From Octopus sinensis (lineage: Eukaryota): 64,000 nucleotides of DNA. Positions 15,797 through 29,622 of the stretch are shown here, piece by piece. A program made the position numbers and the translations under genes. Under the pieces are notes generated by a model that ran no database searches, had not been told where the DNA came from, and worked only from the letters and a program-made list of their open reading frames with translations. The stretch's first letter is position 1; each line of letters opens with the position of its first letter. The stretch lies in assembly GCF_006345805.1 (NCBI RefSeq), contig NC_043007.1, forward strand, positions 45,570,001 to 45,634,000, given 5' to 3'.

Positions 15797-17454
15797 TATA
15801 TATATATATATACACACACATACATATATATATTATATATATATATATATGGATTGTGCATGTGTATTAAGTATTATGTGTGTATAAGCGTATGAATTCA
15901 TGTATTCATGTATACGTGTATGTATGGGTGTATAAATTTGGGGTCTCTTTCTGAGTATATTCTGAAAACGAATGGAATAGACCAACGATACCCAACTTTA
16001 AATGTATGGAAGGAGGAAGAAGAAGCGGAGATAAAGAAAAATAAGAGTGATAACGAAGCAAAGAGAACGCGGGTATGTGTGTTTGTATTGTGTGTCTGTC
16101 TGTTAGTGCGCACGCGTGACATCGTAAGAAAGTGGTAAGTAGAACCGATGAGAAACAGGGAAAGTAAAAGAAAATGACTGTGTGGAAAGTCAACAGATTT
16201 CACTTCACACAAAAATATACACACATACACTCTCATACAAGTCTATATACTCCTATCAAAAATGATTACTCTTCACACAGAAATATACACACAGCCATGC
16301 AGACACAAATTCACTCAACATATTATGTTCAGCGTACACACACATACGCATATGAGTGTGTGTGGACATATGCATGTCACCAGTGTCTAGTTCTCTCTGA
16401 CTGTGTCCTTTGCTTCCAGGATTTGCATTATTCTCCGCGCTACCCGTGCGGTTTGGTGAGAGTATTGTTTGAGAATCGGGTGGAATGTGATTCAGAAGGC
16501 AGAATACCAAAACAATCTATGTCAGAAATCCAGTCCAACAGTTCCTCAATCCACTGACCCGTATGATTAGTGTACACTTTTTTTGTATCGACCCAGAAAA
16601 GGTTAAAAGTAAATTTGACCTCCATAGGTTTTGATCTCAGAAAGCCGATACAATCAGACGAGGTGTTCTAACCGAAGTTTAAACGACTCTGCCAATATGC
16701 CGTATTGTAATTATACGTCCATTAAATGGATAATATAAGTAGCACATACCTGTGGAGGTTAGGGGAAGCCCTACATTACATTTCAGTTGTTTTCTTTGAG
16801 AGAAACGACATCAATGTTTATCTTGGATAAATATTAATATACGCACTTAACAGCATAAAACTAAAATACCGAAGTGTTTACCACAATATACAGGCATGAA
16901 GCGAACGCCTACTCTACGCAGGAGTATTTGTCATTAAGGCGGCCGAATTAAGACGAAACACTGAGTCTGGCGATCCACCGATAACATTCTGAGCAAGTCC
17001 TGCTTTGTTTTAGCCCACAAATATCTTGAAGAGATTCTCTGTGACAAAATATTACAGCCAGTGCTGCACCATGACTGTATATAATCTCTGAATGTTTAGA
17101 TACGCCGTTATCTTGTAAACATGTTGTTTAACCAATGTAATTAAACGGAGATATATGTCGTAAACATGAGTTGCATTTTATGGACTATTTTTAACTTCAC
17201 CAGACCGAATGATGTTTCATAGTTTTTCGTATAAATCATCAAATTAAGCTGTATCATAGTACGTAGAATAAAAATACATATAGATGACAGAATAATGAAT
17301 ATTTCAAATAAAAATAAATAGGATTTCAAAAATTAGTAGAAATATTTCGAAAATAAAATAAGAGAAAAATTATTGGGAGCAGATACGGCAAAAGTACTTA
17401 GAAAACAATAAATTAAAATTATTATTGTTGTTGTTATTATTATTATCATTATTA

Positions 17455-17504
<50 letters not shown>

Positions 17505-17506
<2 letters not shown>

Positions 17507-17815
17507 GGTGAATTGACTTAATTGTTAGCGCGTCGGACAAAAAACGCTTAGCGCCATTTCTTCCGTTTTTTTCAGTGTCGATTAAATTCAAACGCCAGTA
17601 AACTATTGGGGGTCGGTATAATCAACTATATCCTCCCTCTAAAATTGCTGGTCTTGTGCCTCCGTACCGAGCAAAACGCTTAACGGCATCTCGTTCAAAT
17701 TCCACCGAGATCGACTTTAACTTTCATCCTTTCGTGGTCGACAAATTAAGTACCAGTGATCGACTAGTTCCCTACCCCATAATTTCAGGCCTTGTGTCAT
17801 TAGTAGAAAGGATTA
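17505..17815 (+). mobile_element. SINE family B, two degenerate copies between (ATT)n tracts
   Basis: ttcaaattccaccgagatcgactttaactttcatcctttcgtggtcgacaaattaagtaccag. Confidence 0.8.
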
Positions 17816-17849
17816 TTATTATTATTTAATATTTGTTAGTTTCAGGTAA

Positions 17850-18387
17850 ATTTCTACTGCATTACCTGCTACACCTCTCTGATGCTGGGGTGTATGCAGC
17901 ATTGTGCATTCTTTTCTTTTTTTGTGGGGGGGGGGATGCAAAAACTTTCCAGCATAGTATTGCGTCAGTTTTGTTATGACATCTAATTGCAGCCTTTTAT
18001 TGTTTTGTTTTATTTTCAATGTGTATTTTTCTATTAGTTTGCCTGTTTAAGTTCTGGCCACTTTCCCTCTCGTAGGATATATCGCCGGACATTTGCAAGA
18101 GCATTTTCCGAGATATTTTTCCTTATGTCTGTAATTCTTCTCCACATTTCATATGTTTATTTTATTATCCCTGTGTTTCGAGTATAGCTTTGCAGTGTAG
18201 AATGCATATAATACTTCAATGTAGTCGTCATCTGCTTACTGTTCTCTTTTAGCTTTGTTTTTCGCTTGGACAGTGACATTAAGAGATGGGGTCTGTCTGC
18301 CCAGTGTTAACTTTTTGATAGAACGCCGTATCTGGACGAGTGCTAACGCTTCTTTCGTATCATGATCGCCAGAGATTCAGAGATCGA

Positions 18388-18388
<1 letters not shown>
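17850..18388 (-). mobile_element. R4/Dong-clade non-LTR retrotransposon, 5'/N-terminal remnant
   Basis: Minus-strand YIEVLYAFYTA...TYEMWRR...NALANVRRYIL resembles the R4-clade N-terminus; 5' end abuts a (TAA)n tract. Confidence 0.6.
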
Positions 18389-18450
<62 letters not shown>

Positions 18451-18472
18451 CATTATTATATTTTATTTAAAT

Positions 18473-18661
18473 ACGGCGTGTTGGCAGAATCGTTAGCTCG
18501 CTGGGAAAATGCTTAGCGATATTTCGTCAGGCCTTACATTTTGAGTTCAAATTCCGCAGGGGTTGACTTTGCCTTTCATCCTTTCGTAATCGATAAAATA
18601 AGTTGGGTACCAGTTGAGTACTGGAGTCGAAGTGGCTGGCCCTGTGGCAAAAATTGAAACC
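18473..18661 (+). mobile_element. SINE family B
   Basis: ttggcagaatcgttagc...gagttcaaattccgcaggggttgactttgcctttcatcctttcg; flanked by (ATT)n. Confidence 0.88.
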
Positions 18662-18674
18662 ATTATTATTATTA

Positions 18675-19370
18675 TTGCAAGAACAAATGTGCTTCGTAAA
18701 CATAGAGCAGCATTCGAAAAATCCTTGCTCTTCCTAATAAAATAAATTTCTGTATTAATGCAATTCTCGTGGTTACTGCGATCTCATTATGGAAACTGCC
18801 ATGTCTGTTGGTACCAATACTGAGGGCGCCTAAATCTGCTGGGTTTACTTTTGCAGAGACCCTCTTGACATTTTCCTTGTAACACTTCGTACTTCCCAAT
18901 ATTTTTCCTGCTTTTTACAGCTACATCCATACCAGCTGAAAAATTCACATCAATGATGATAAAATGCAGTCTTTTTGACCCCTAGTCTAGAATGATAATA
19001 TTTGTCTTGTTTGAATCTCGAGGTCAGTCTGTACGACAAAGCCTCATAAGGCCTTAAACTGATCATTCTCTGTCACATGCACCAGTTGCTATTGCTACCA
19101 TTTTCCACTTTAAAAACCCTTTGCCTTCAAAATCGTAACTACTTCTATACTCTTTCTGTAACAAAGAGCTACAAGTACTCACTATGTGCCAACAGACTCA
19201 TCTATCTCGTTGCACTTTCTACACTTGACACTTTCTACGGTCCTGTCTATTTCTGCCTTAATCACATTCGTTCGCAAAGACTAGCTCTGAGCAGTCACCA
19301 TGAGTCGTTTCATTTCTTTTTTGAGTTCTCTTTTCCGATAACATAGCCATTTCTATTTAACGGCAGTTTG
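18675..19370 (-). mobile_element. R4/Dong-clade retrotransposon C-terminal remnant (CCHC knuckle and restriction-like endonuclease)
   Basis: Minus-strand LMVTAQ.SLRTN, CRKCNEIDESV/HIVSTC, VTEND, VQTD, IIIDV, KY, LGAL, IQKFILLGRARIFRMLL with stops and frameshifts; 3' end runs into (TAA)n. Confidence 0.85.
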
Positions 19371-20410
19371 TTTCCTTGTATTTAGCAACAGATTTTCATG
19401 CAAAAGATTTTAAAATTTACAACTACTAATGATATTTTGCAGTAAACAATGATGTATATGATATATCTAAAATAAATAAGAGATAATAAACATTTAATCA
19501 ATGATTTTATCAAAAGTCATATATAATAGTGAATTACGTGTTAAATATCACCACCTAATTACTACTTAGTATGGGGTAGTAATATAAAATGTACAACTCA
19601 CTAATATACATAATAACTTTATTTATATCTATTTTCTGCAACACCTAGAATGTTACGCTGTCTTCCTTTGGTTTCGTCTTTTAGCAGATGTTGCAAATCG
19701 TAATTACTCTGCAGAAGAAATATTGTTTTTAACTCCAAAAAGTAAAAGGAAGAAAATGAAAGGAAATAAAAAGAAACACGTCAGAGTAATTATATTAAAA
19801 ATTCCATGTTTAGACAATATTCATATAATTCTTTTTAATTTTATTCAACCAAGATATTCTGCACGTGACGTAGAAAATTGAATTGAATAAATATTCTACA
19901 TAGCATCAGTTCGTAGATAGGCATACATTTTCTATGTGCACCTAGTGTAGAATCTCAAGCAAAATTTTTTCTATATAACGTCCAAGATGCCCACCAAACA
20001 AAATTAGGTTTTATGCATAAATATACAAAATATCGGAGGGCAAGTTTGTCTTTTGCTGAACATATTTGTTCTGTTTTCGACGTTCTGTTCAGGTAAATAT
20101 ATATATTAAAAAATGTGTGGGGTGGGGAAGTATGTACGATATATCATTAAGGAAGGAGACTGGAACTGACAAAGAAAATCAATGAGGGAAAGAAAGAAAA
20201 AAGGAGAAGAAATATACCTTAACGAAGTGGGAGAGAGTTTCATCGCAAAAAAGACATATGCTCCAACGTTACCTTAAATGCCTTAATTACACACACACAA
20301 GCACATGCGCGTGCGTTAACACTCATATGCATGAGTGTATGTGTGTGTGTGTGTGTGTGTGCGCACGCGTGTTATGAATATATGTATGAATGTGTGATTA
20401 TTAATATTTT

Positions 20411-20460
<50 letters not shown>

Positions 20461-20646
20461 CTAAGCAATAAGGGTTTAGCAACGAGTTGCCTTACCACAT
20501 ACCGAATTTAGAAATAGCAGTCAAAGGGTTATAGCTATTTCTTCTACTAAAAAGGGAGATCTCAGTAAAAACAGCATTGGAAGGCAGACACAAACAGGTA
20601 AGAGAGAATGAATTGACTGCAATCTATCATACATTTTTTTAGTTAT

Positions 20647-20756
20647 CCACGGACGTACGTTTCGAAATCAAGTTTTAAGGAAAGCATAGAATTAAATATT
20701 AAATATTAAATAATAAATAATTCTATCTTACCGAAACTTCTTTCTCTTCAGCGTAG
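20647..20756 (-). ncRNA. Type I hammerhead ribozyme, inverted copy
   Basis: Reverse complement of the motif at 20928-21039; core intact. Confidence 0.8.
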
Positions 20757-20927
20757 AATACTATAATCATAAATGATTATATATTGAATTTTGAGATACC
20801 AGAAGGCACCAACTCCACTCAGTATCAGAGCGAGCTAGAATCCGCAACTGGTATCACCGAATTCAATTTGAATGGTGCCTTCTGGTATCTCAAAATTCAA
20901 TATATAATCATTTATGATTATAGTATT

Positions 20928-21039
20928 CTACGCTGAAGAGAAAAGAAGTTTCGGTAAGATAGAATTATTTATTATTTAATATTTAATATTTAATTCTTAT
21001 GCTTTCCTTAAAACTTGATTTCGAAACGTACGTCCGTGG
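20928..21039 (+). ncRNA. Type I hammerhead ribozyme, intact core, long stem II
   Basis: CTACG-CTGAAGA-G...C-GAAA-CGTACG-TC-CGTGG; palindromic stem III ACGTACGT; predicted cleavage after GUC at 21034. Confidence 0.82.
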
Positions 21040-21350
21040 ATAACTAAAAAAATGTATGATAGATTGCAGTCAATTCATTCTCTCTTACCTGTTTGTGTCT
21101 GCCTTCCAAATGCTGTTTTTACTGAGATCTCCCTTTTTAGTAGAAGAAATAGCTATAACCCTTTGACTGCTATTTCTAAATTCGGTATGTGGTAAGGCAA
21201 CTCGTTGCTAAACCCTTATTGCTTAGTATTACTTAAATTTTCCTCGAATGAGGCTTTTACATGCCGAAGACTACTTGGTGTAATTGATAATGTTTCCAAA
21301 TTAATTAATTTCACCCTTCATTATTACGGATATATATATATATATATATA

Positions 21351-21556
21351 CTCTTTTACTCTTTTACTTGTTTCAGTTATTTGACTGTGGCCATGCTGGA
21401 TCACCACCTTTAGTCGAGCAAATCGAGCCCAGGACTTATTCTTTGTAAGCTTAGTACTCATTCTATCGGACTATTCTGCCGAGCCTCTAAGTTACGGGGA
21501 CGTAAACACACCAGTATCGGTTGTCAAGCGATGTTGGGAGGACAAACACAGACACA

Positions 21557-21600
<44 letters not shown>

Positions 21601-21768
21601 ACACACACACACACACATATATACATATATACGAAGAACTTTTTCAGTTTCCGTCTACCAAATCCATTCACAAGGCTTTGGTCGGCTCGATGCTATACTA
21701 GAAGACACACGCCCAAGGAACCATGTGGTTGGTAAGCAAGCTACTTACCATACAGCCACTCTTACGCC

Positions 21769-21770
<2 letters not shown>
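21351..21770 (-). mobile_element. SINE family A
   Basis: Matches other copies; small deletion in the head. Confidence 0.92.
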
Positions 21771-21825
<55 letters not shown>

Positions 21826-22599
21826 TATATATGTAGTGAGAATTTACAAAAACAAAAACAAAAGACGAAGACGTGTGTGTAAACAACAAACAGATAAACT
21901 GATGAATAATGTGTATAATGTGTTCATGATTGTGTGGGAATAAGTTTGTACGCATCAATGTATACACGAGCACATGAAGACATATCTAAAATATGAATAA
22001 ATCATAAAGTTTATTTAATGCTGCCTAAGTCATACGAAAACTGTGTTTGCAGATTTGAATGATACGTTATATGTATTTGTATGTCTAAATGTCTTCATGC
22101 ATTCGTTTTGCAAGATTTTTTTTATGAAATCGTGTGTTGAAACAGATATTGTTATACTTGGGAGTGGTCATCTTCTGCCAATTAAACATACACACTATTT
22201 ATTTTGATCACTTTAGCTTCATTATTTTTTTTCTTTGTCAAAGTTCTTACGTTACATATACTGTGAACATCTCAGCGACCCTCTGTCCCACGTGACTCCT
22301 CTTGCTCTTTCTATTCAAGTTTTCGTCTCTCTCTTCCTCCCCATCTCTCACTGTACACACAAGCATACATACATGCATACATACATACATGCATACATAC
22401 ATACATGCATACATACATACGTACATACATACATACATACATGCATACATACATATATGCATACATACATACATACATGCATACAAACATACATACATGC
22501 ATGCATGCATACATACATACATACATGCATGCATACATTCGTTATAGATAATCGTGGAAATTATATCGATAATTAAGTTTCATTAAAATGTAAGATTTA

Positions 22600-23455
22600 C
22601 TCACTTGTCAACGGTTGTCAAGCGATGGTGGGAGGAGAAATACAGACACACACATGCTCACAGATACACATTCACATACACACACACACACAACACACAC
22701 ACACATACACACACATATATATGACAGGCTTCTTTCAGTTTCTGTCTACCAAATCCACTCACAAGGCATTGGTCGGCCCGAGGCTTTAGTAGAAGACATT
22801 TGCATAAGGTGCCACACAGTGGTACTTTATTCATGTATCATTCATATTTTACTTGTTTCAGTCATTGGACTGTAGCCATGCCGGGTAAACGCCTTGAAAT
22901 TCTTTACACGAACGAATCGATCCCAGCCTGGCGCTTGTTCTATCGGTACCTTTTTCTCGAACCGCTAATTTACGAGGACGTTTACACACAGGAACACCAT
23001 TTGCCAAGCGGTGGTAGAGTACAAACATTAACACATGGAAGCACGTACGCACACGTAGACACACACACACCACACACACACATACACACACATATATATG
23101 ACAGGCTTCTTTCAGTTTCTGTCTACCAAATCCACTCACAAGGCATTGGTCGGCCCGAGGCTTTAGTAGAGACATTTGCATAAGGTGCCACACAGTGGGA
23201 CTTTATTCATGTATCATTCATATTTTACTTGTTTCAGTCATTGGACTGTAGCCATGCCGGGTAAACGCCTTGAAATTCTTTACACGAACGAATCGATCCC
23301 AGCCTGGCGCTTGTTCTATCGGTACCTTTTTCTCGAACCGCTAATTTACGAGGACGTTTACACACAGGAACACCATTTGCCAAGCGGTGGTAGAGTACAA
23401 ACATTAACACATGGAAGCACGTACGCACACGTAGACACACACACACACACACACA

Positions 23456-23486
<31 letters not shown>

Positions 23487-23545
23487 ACACACACACGCAT
23501 GCGACGAGCTTCTTTCTCTTTCAATCTACCAAATCCACTCACAAG
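22600..23545 (-). mobile_element. SINE family A fragments containing a 376-bp tandem duplication
   Basis: About 22695-23070 is repeated at about 23071-23445; junction in (CA)n. Confidence 0.88.
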
Positions 23546-23591
23546 TCAGCTGCCAATAGTTCTGGTTGGTGGTAGTGGTGATGATGATGGC

Positions 23592-23653
<62 letters not shown>

Positions 23654-23741
23654 CGACGTAGACGACAACGATGACAGTGACATTGGTCATGATGCTGAGG
23701 AGGATTGGTATGATGATATTGATCATTTAGAAGTAATAATG

Positions 23742-23784
<43 letters not shown>

Positions 23785-23834
23785 CAACAACAACAACAAC
23801 AATAATAATGACGATAATAATAATAATAATAATA

Positions 23835-23870
<36 letters not shown>

Positions 23871-23890
23871 TAATAATAATAATAATAATA

Positions 23891-23960
<70 letters not shown>

Positions 23961-25074
23961 GATAATAATAATATAATAATAATAATAATATAATAATAAT
24001 AAATAATAATAATAATAATAATAACAACAACAACAATAATAATAACGATAATAATAATAATGTGAAATTTTCAGAAAGAAAGTAATACTTTTGTTGTAAA
24101 GGATTAAATCGACTTCAGGACTGCCGTGGAATTCCTGTTAATGACCCTGATATAACCAAAGTCTTAGTCGAGCTTAGTAAAATCCGAAGTCAGTATGTAG
24201 AATAATCTGACTAAATACTAAAATAGAAGACATTTTTGTATCGGGTATCTGCTAGAATCTCTGTATTTTCTCAGGTACACATGTATTATAAAAAGAGTTA
24301 GCTTCGATATCACGAGGTTTGAGCTTCACTCTCACTGAGACATAAATAGAAGAAGAGCCTTCTATCATTGACTCAAGGTAACCAAAGCGATGTGAATGAA
24401 ATTTTGTCCACAGAAACTGTATGGAACTTCGTCAAAAGAACCGTTCTGTTTATTGGTGATAGACTTGATTTGGGCCCAGTTTAAAACTACCATCAAATGG
24501 ATTTTACTCGATTGTAAATATCTAGGTCAGGTTTCCAGCTATGGGGATGGTTTTCTCCCTTCTTCCTCCTTCTTGCTTCTCACAGAAGTCTTGAAGATGG
24601 GCGACTACGAAAGTAATTATAATTCTAAGCTATAAGAAGCCAAAAAAATAAATAAACAAATAAATATAAAGAATCAGAAATACACAACTATAATGTTATT
24701 GACTACATCGACACCAACGAAGACTATAACAACACTGACGAAGATGACAACGACGTCGATGATGAAAATGGTGCTTAATATGACGCTTACGCTGATGAGG
24801 AAAATGATAGTGATGAAGGGATGATAATGATAAAAGCGATGAAGATGATGGCAACAACGACGACAATCATGATAATGATGACGGTGAACATAAAAAATAA
24901 TGATGCTGTTGAGAGCTTTTTTTTCTTGTCACTGTTTACATTGGCAAACGGCCACACTTTTGCATGAAGGGTCTGTGTATAGTGAAACTAAAGAACTGAC
25001 AGCAATATTGTAATGCTCCAGAACTTATATAAGAAGTTACAGTGGGTGTTGTTGATGTTGTTGTTCCTGCTGTT

Positions 25075-25260
25075 GTTTAACTCCCAGGTTTTATCCGAGG
25101 AAGAAGAGACAGCCTTATATGAAACGTTTTGCAACCATGAACAGAATGCTGTAAGGGTTGCCAAAATTTACACTAATGTTTTCTGCATCATATGAGGTGA
25201 CTGGGATTGAGGGAGAATGAGCTGTTATTTCGAGAGAATCAAGTAAACATTTAGATTGGT
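25075..25260 (+). repeat. Old dispersed ~200-bp repeat (family D)
   Basis: Starts gttgtttaactcccagg and ends gattgagggagaatgagctgttatttc; relatives at 45499, 49688 and 58500 (minus). Confidence 0.5.
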
Positions 25261-25372
25261 AGTTACTAAGTTTTCGACTTTCCAGGTTTAGAAACGTAAA
25301 GTGAAATTAATGGACTTCAGTTCATATTTAAGCAAAATGAATTTTAATACCCCTGGAACACATATCTATCTT

Positions 25373-25449
<77 letters not shown>

Positions 25450-26080
25450 TTGCCTGTCTGTCTGTCTGTCTGTCTATCTATAAGTATACATATACATACA
25501 TACATACATACATACATATATGCATGCATACATACATACATACATAATACATACATACATACATTCATACATACATACATACATACATACATACATACAT
25601 ACATACATACATACATACATACATACATACATAGACGCATGCATATATACATATATACATATATAGATACACAGATACTGACATAATAATTTGGAGTAGA
25701 AAAAAAAACTCATGTAGTGGCTGCAGAGATTAGTTGTCCTGAAAACGTGGACAACTGCTACAAACCCTTTTACTCGTCTACATTGACTATAAATCCACGC
25801 TTCTACCAATAACAAATGCTGCACTCACTTATGTTAGTAAATGCCTTAGCCACATTGTAGAGAAGATTCCAAGCACAGAAAGAGACTGGCTAACACTAAC
25901 TTTACAGCTATAATGATGAAGCTTTTGTGTCTTCGTTTAAAGAAAGTTTACTAAAAAAATAAAAAGTATAAGATATACATACACACACATGCATGTATAC
26001 ATGCATACGTATATGTTTGTGTGTCTTGTGGTGTGTGTATATATATATGTATATATGTAAATTTTTCCTCTTTTATTTTT

Positions 26081-26481
26081 TCTCTTTTACTTGTTTCAGT
26101 CATTTGACTGTAGCCATGCTGGAGCACCGCCTTTAGTCGAGCAAATCGACTTATTCTTTGGAAGCCTAGTACTTATTCTGTCGGTCTGTTTTGCCGAACC
26201 GCTAAGTTACGGGTACGTAAACACACCACCATCGGGTGTCAAGCGATGGGGGGGGGGCAAACACAGACACACAAACATATACACACACATACGTACATAT
26301 AAATAATATATACATATATACAACCGGCTTCTTTCAGTTTCCGTCTACCAAATCCATTCACAAGACTTTGGTCGACCCGAGGCTACAGTAGAAGACACTT
26401 ATCCAAGGTGCCACGCAGTGGGAAAAAACCCGGAACCATGTGGCTGGTAAGCAAGCTACTTACCACACAGCCACTCCTGCA
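26081..26481 (-). mobile_element. SINE family A, full length
   Basis: Head, body and tail match other copies. Confidence 0.92.
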
Positions 26482-27502
26482 TCTATATAAATATGATGTA
26501 TATATATACATACATACATGTGTGTTTGTATGTGTGTGTTTGAGCGTGTGTGTGTGTATAAGGTGTACGTGTGTAAAGTCATGTTTAGCATGATCGTGTA
26601 CACTAGGCCATAGTAAGATAATCAGCTGCAGCAATTGTTTCGAGAGAAAGAAACTTCTTATAGATACTGTATGAGAAAAATATACCATGAGCAATGAATG
26701 ACGTCATCGTAGGACGCATTCGCTTCCGTGTCGTTACGCTTCATTAGTTACGGATAACGAGCCGTTGTTTATGGCCAATAACAGCTTGCTGTTCTTATAT
26801 TAGGAGAGTAAATACTACATTTGCTGATGTGTCAAAGCTTTGTCAAACTGGAATTAATTAGAGGTGCATTATGCAAAGCATCGTGCGAATTAGATGCATC
26901 AAATGAAATTGAAATATTATAAACACATTACCTATGATATCGTGAAGACCTTAAGCATGATAAAGAAATACAGTTGAATATAGCCTTTATGTTTTCAATG
27001 AAATAAGAAAAAAGTGGGCGGCAAGAGAGCCTCCTGCAAGACAGTTTCAGGATTTGTGGATCGTACTTCGGAGAAGAAGTATCGCAATCACCGTCCCGAT
27101 ATATATACACGAGAGAATAAGCTCCCCACTTATGAACAGCTTAATTTGCATACTTCTCTTTTTAGATGGGTCTTCTTTAAGTATACAATAATATACATAT
27201 CTATATTAATGCTCGTTTTCATGTTCAGCTATGATAAAATCTATTTTACATTAAACTGATGGGTAAATCTATACTTTTGTAGTGTACAAATTTATTATTC
27301 CCACACAACAACGTTGTTGACAATAACTTCGAAGGGTCAGACTACCCGACGATGGTTTAGCTGGTCGAGACTTCGAAGTCACAACCAACAACATTCTTGT
27401 ACAAGAATAATATCTATTTATCTATCTACAGAGAGAGAGAGGGAGAGAGAGGGACGGAGGGAATGTGTGTGTGTATGTTTGAGAGAGAGAGGGACGGAGG
27501 GA

Positions 27503-27555
<53 letters not shown>

Positions 27556-27590
27556 AGAGAGGGAGGGTGGGAGTGTGTGTATGTGTGTGT

Positions 27591-27642
<52 letters not shown>

Positions 27643-27921
27643 GATGACAATACGTACAAAGATCGTACAATAAATAAGAACCGAATTAGTGCTCGAACTA
27701 GATCTAATTCTTAAACTGCAACGTCCTAAACAAGTGAGAAATTGAAGCGCAAATGTTGCTACAAGAAACTCAGAGTTCGAGTAAGTGATAGTAAAGACAC
27801 AGAATGTACTAGTTGTGATATATAGCGTTAAAGCATTTATAACTTTTCTACATAAATTTACAGTCCATGGTAAATCCTTCAATATAGATATACAAATGTT
27901 ACATAAGCGACAATACAAATA

Positions 27922-28147
27922 CAGTAATCCCTCGATTATCGCGGGCGTTACGTTCCAAAACCGCCACCCGCGATTGATGAAAACCCACGAAGTAGAAACA
28001 GTACTGTACACTATATATATTTTTATTATTTTTATAATTTGTATATATTTATTTTATTATAAATGCTAAACAACACCACGGAGAAATCGACGTAAGTTTA
28101 AATAATAAACCGCGATAGGTGAACCGCGATATGTCGATAGATTACTG
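27922..28147. mobile_element. Tc1/pogo-type MITE
   Basis: TA|CAGTAATCCCTCG ... CGATAGATTACTG|TA: TIRs with TA TSD and internal ccgcga repeats. Confidence 0.85.
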
Positions 28148-28321
28148 TATGAGGATAATAATCTGGATAATCTAATACATTTACACATACACACACACAC
28201 AAACGTGAGTATATAGATATAGATATGTGAGGGAGGCTTCTGTGCTTGTGAGCATGCGTAGGTTGTGGTATATACACGCCCGAAGGTACACACTCTTACA
28301 TGGATATGTATATGTGTGTAA

Positions 28322-28700
<379 letters not shown>

Positions 28701-29591
28701 TGGTACATGCTACCAAATGATGGTCATTGAGGAATATGACTTTGCATTATCTTATTCACACACACCCATACTCTCTCTCACACACACACATACACTCACC
28801 TTAATCACACACATGCGCACAGACTCACACACACATTCATGTATGTACATGCACACACACGCACGCACACATACACACGTACACACACACAGAGGAACAC
28901 ACATACACATATACAAACAAATGTAATCAACGATAGAAAACGTTAAAAAAGAAACGAGAGCGAAATATGAGTTTGGAAAATCTTATAGAAGCAAAGAGGT
29001 ATTTGAAACAAAGACCCACCCACACAAGCACACACGTGAATGCGCCCCTCCTCAGACACACGTATATATAATATACACATACATACATACATACATACAT
29101 ACATACATACATACATACATACATACATACATACATACATGCATACATACATACATACATACATACATGGTGGCTGCCCCCTCGTTATCGAGTATGGCCA
29201 TTGCACAAAGCTTAATCAGTGTTGTTATCGTCCAATGCCTGTGCAAGAAGATTTTTTTTAAAGTGAGGAAAGGCTGTGCACTGAGTCAATCCCATTCACT
29301 AAGCAACAGCAGCCATAATCCGAAAAGAAGAACAAGTCAACATCATCGGTAACCCCTGAGCCGCAGGTTTTATGTCGGAGTCATCCCAGTTACCCGAGTT
29401 ACCTTCTCCTAGAAGGATGCCCTAACAAAGCTTGGAGTCCTTCACTACCAATGGTTTAACCGCGCGATCGGGTATTCAGTCCAATTATTTCTATGTCCCC
29501 GCGCATGATACAGCCTTAAGACATTTATTGGATGTCCGATGACACTCAAGAGTTCCTCCGCCTTTCATACATACATACATACATACATACA

Positions 29592-29622
<31 letters not shown>

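Larger units (their letters stand above)
20458..21229. repeat. Long near-perfect inverted repeat (arms 20458-20811 and 20873-21229)
   Basis: Arms are reverse complements apart from three single-base indels seen; 61-bp spacer. Confidence 0.97.
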
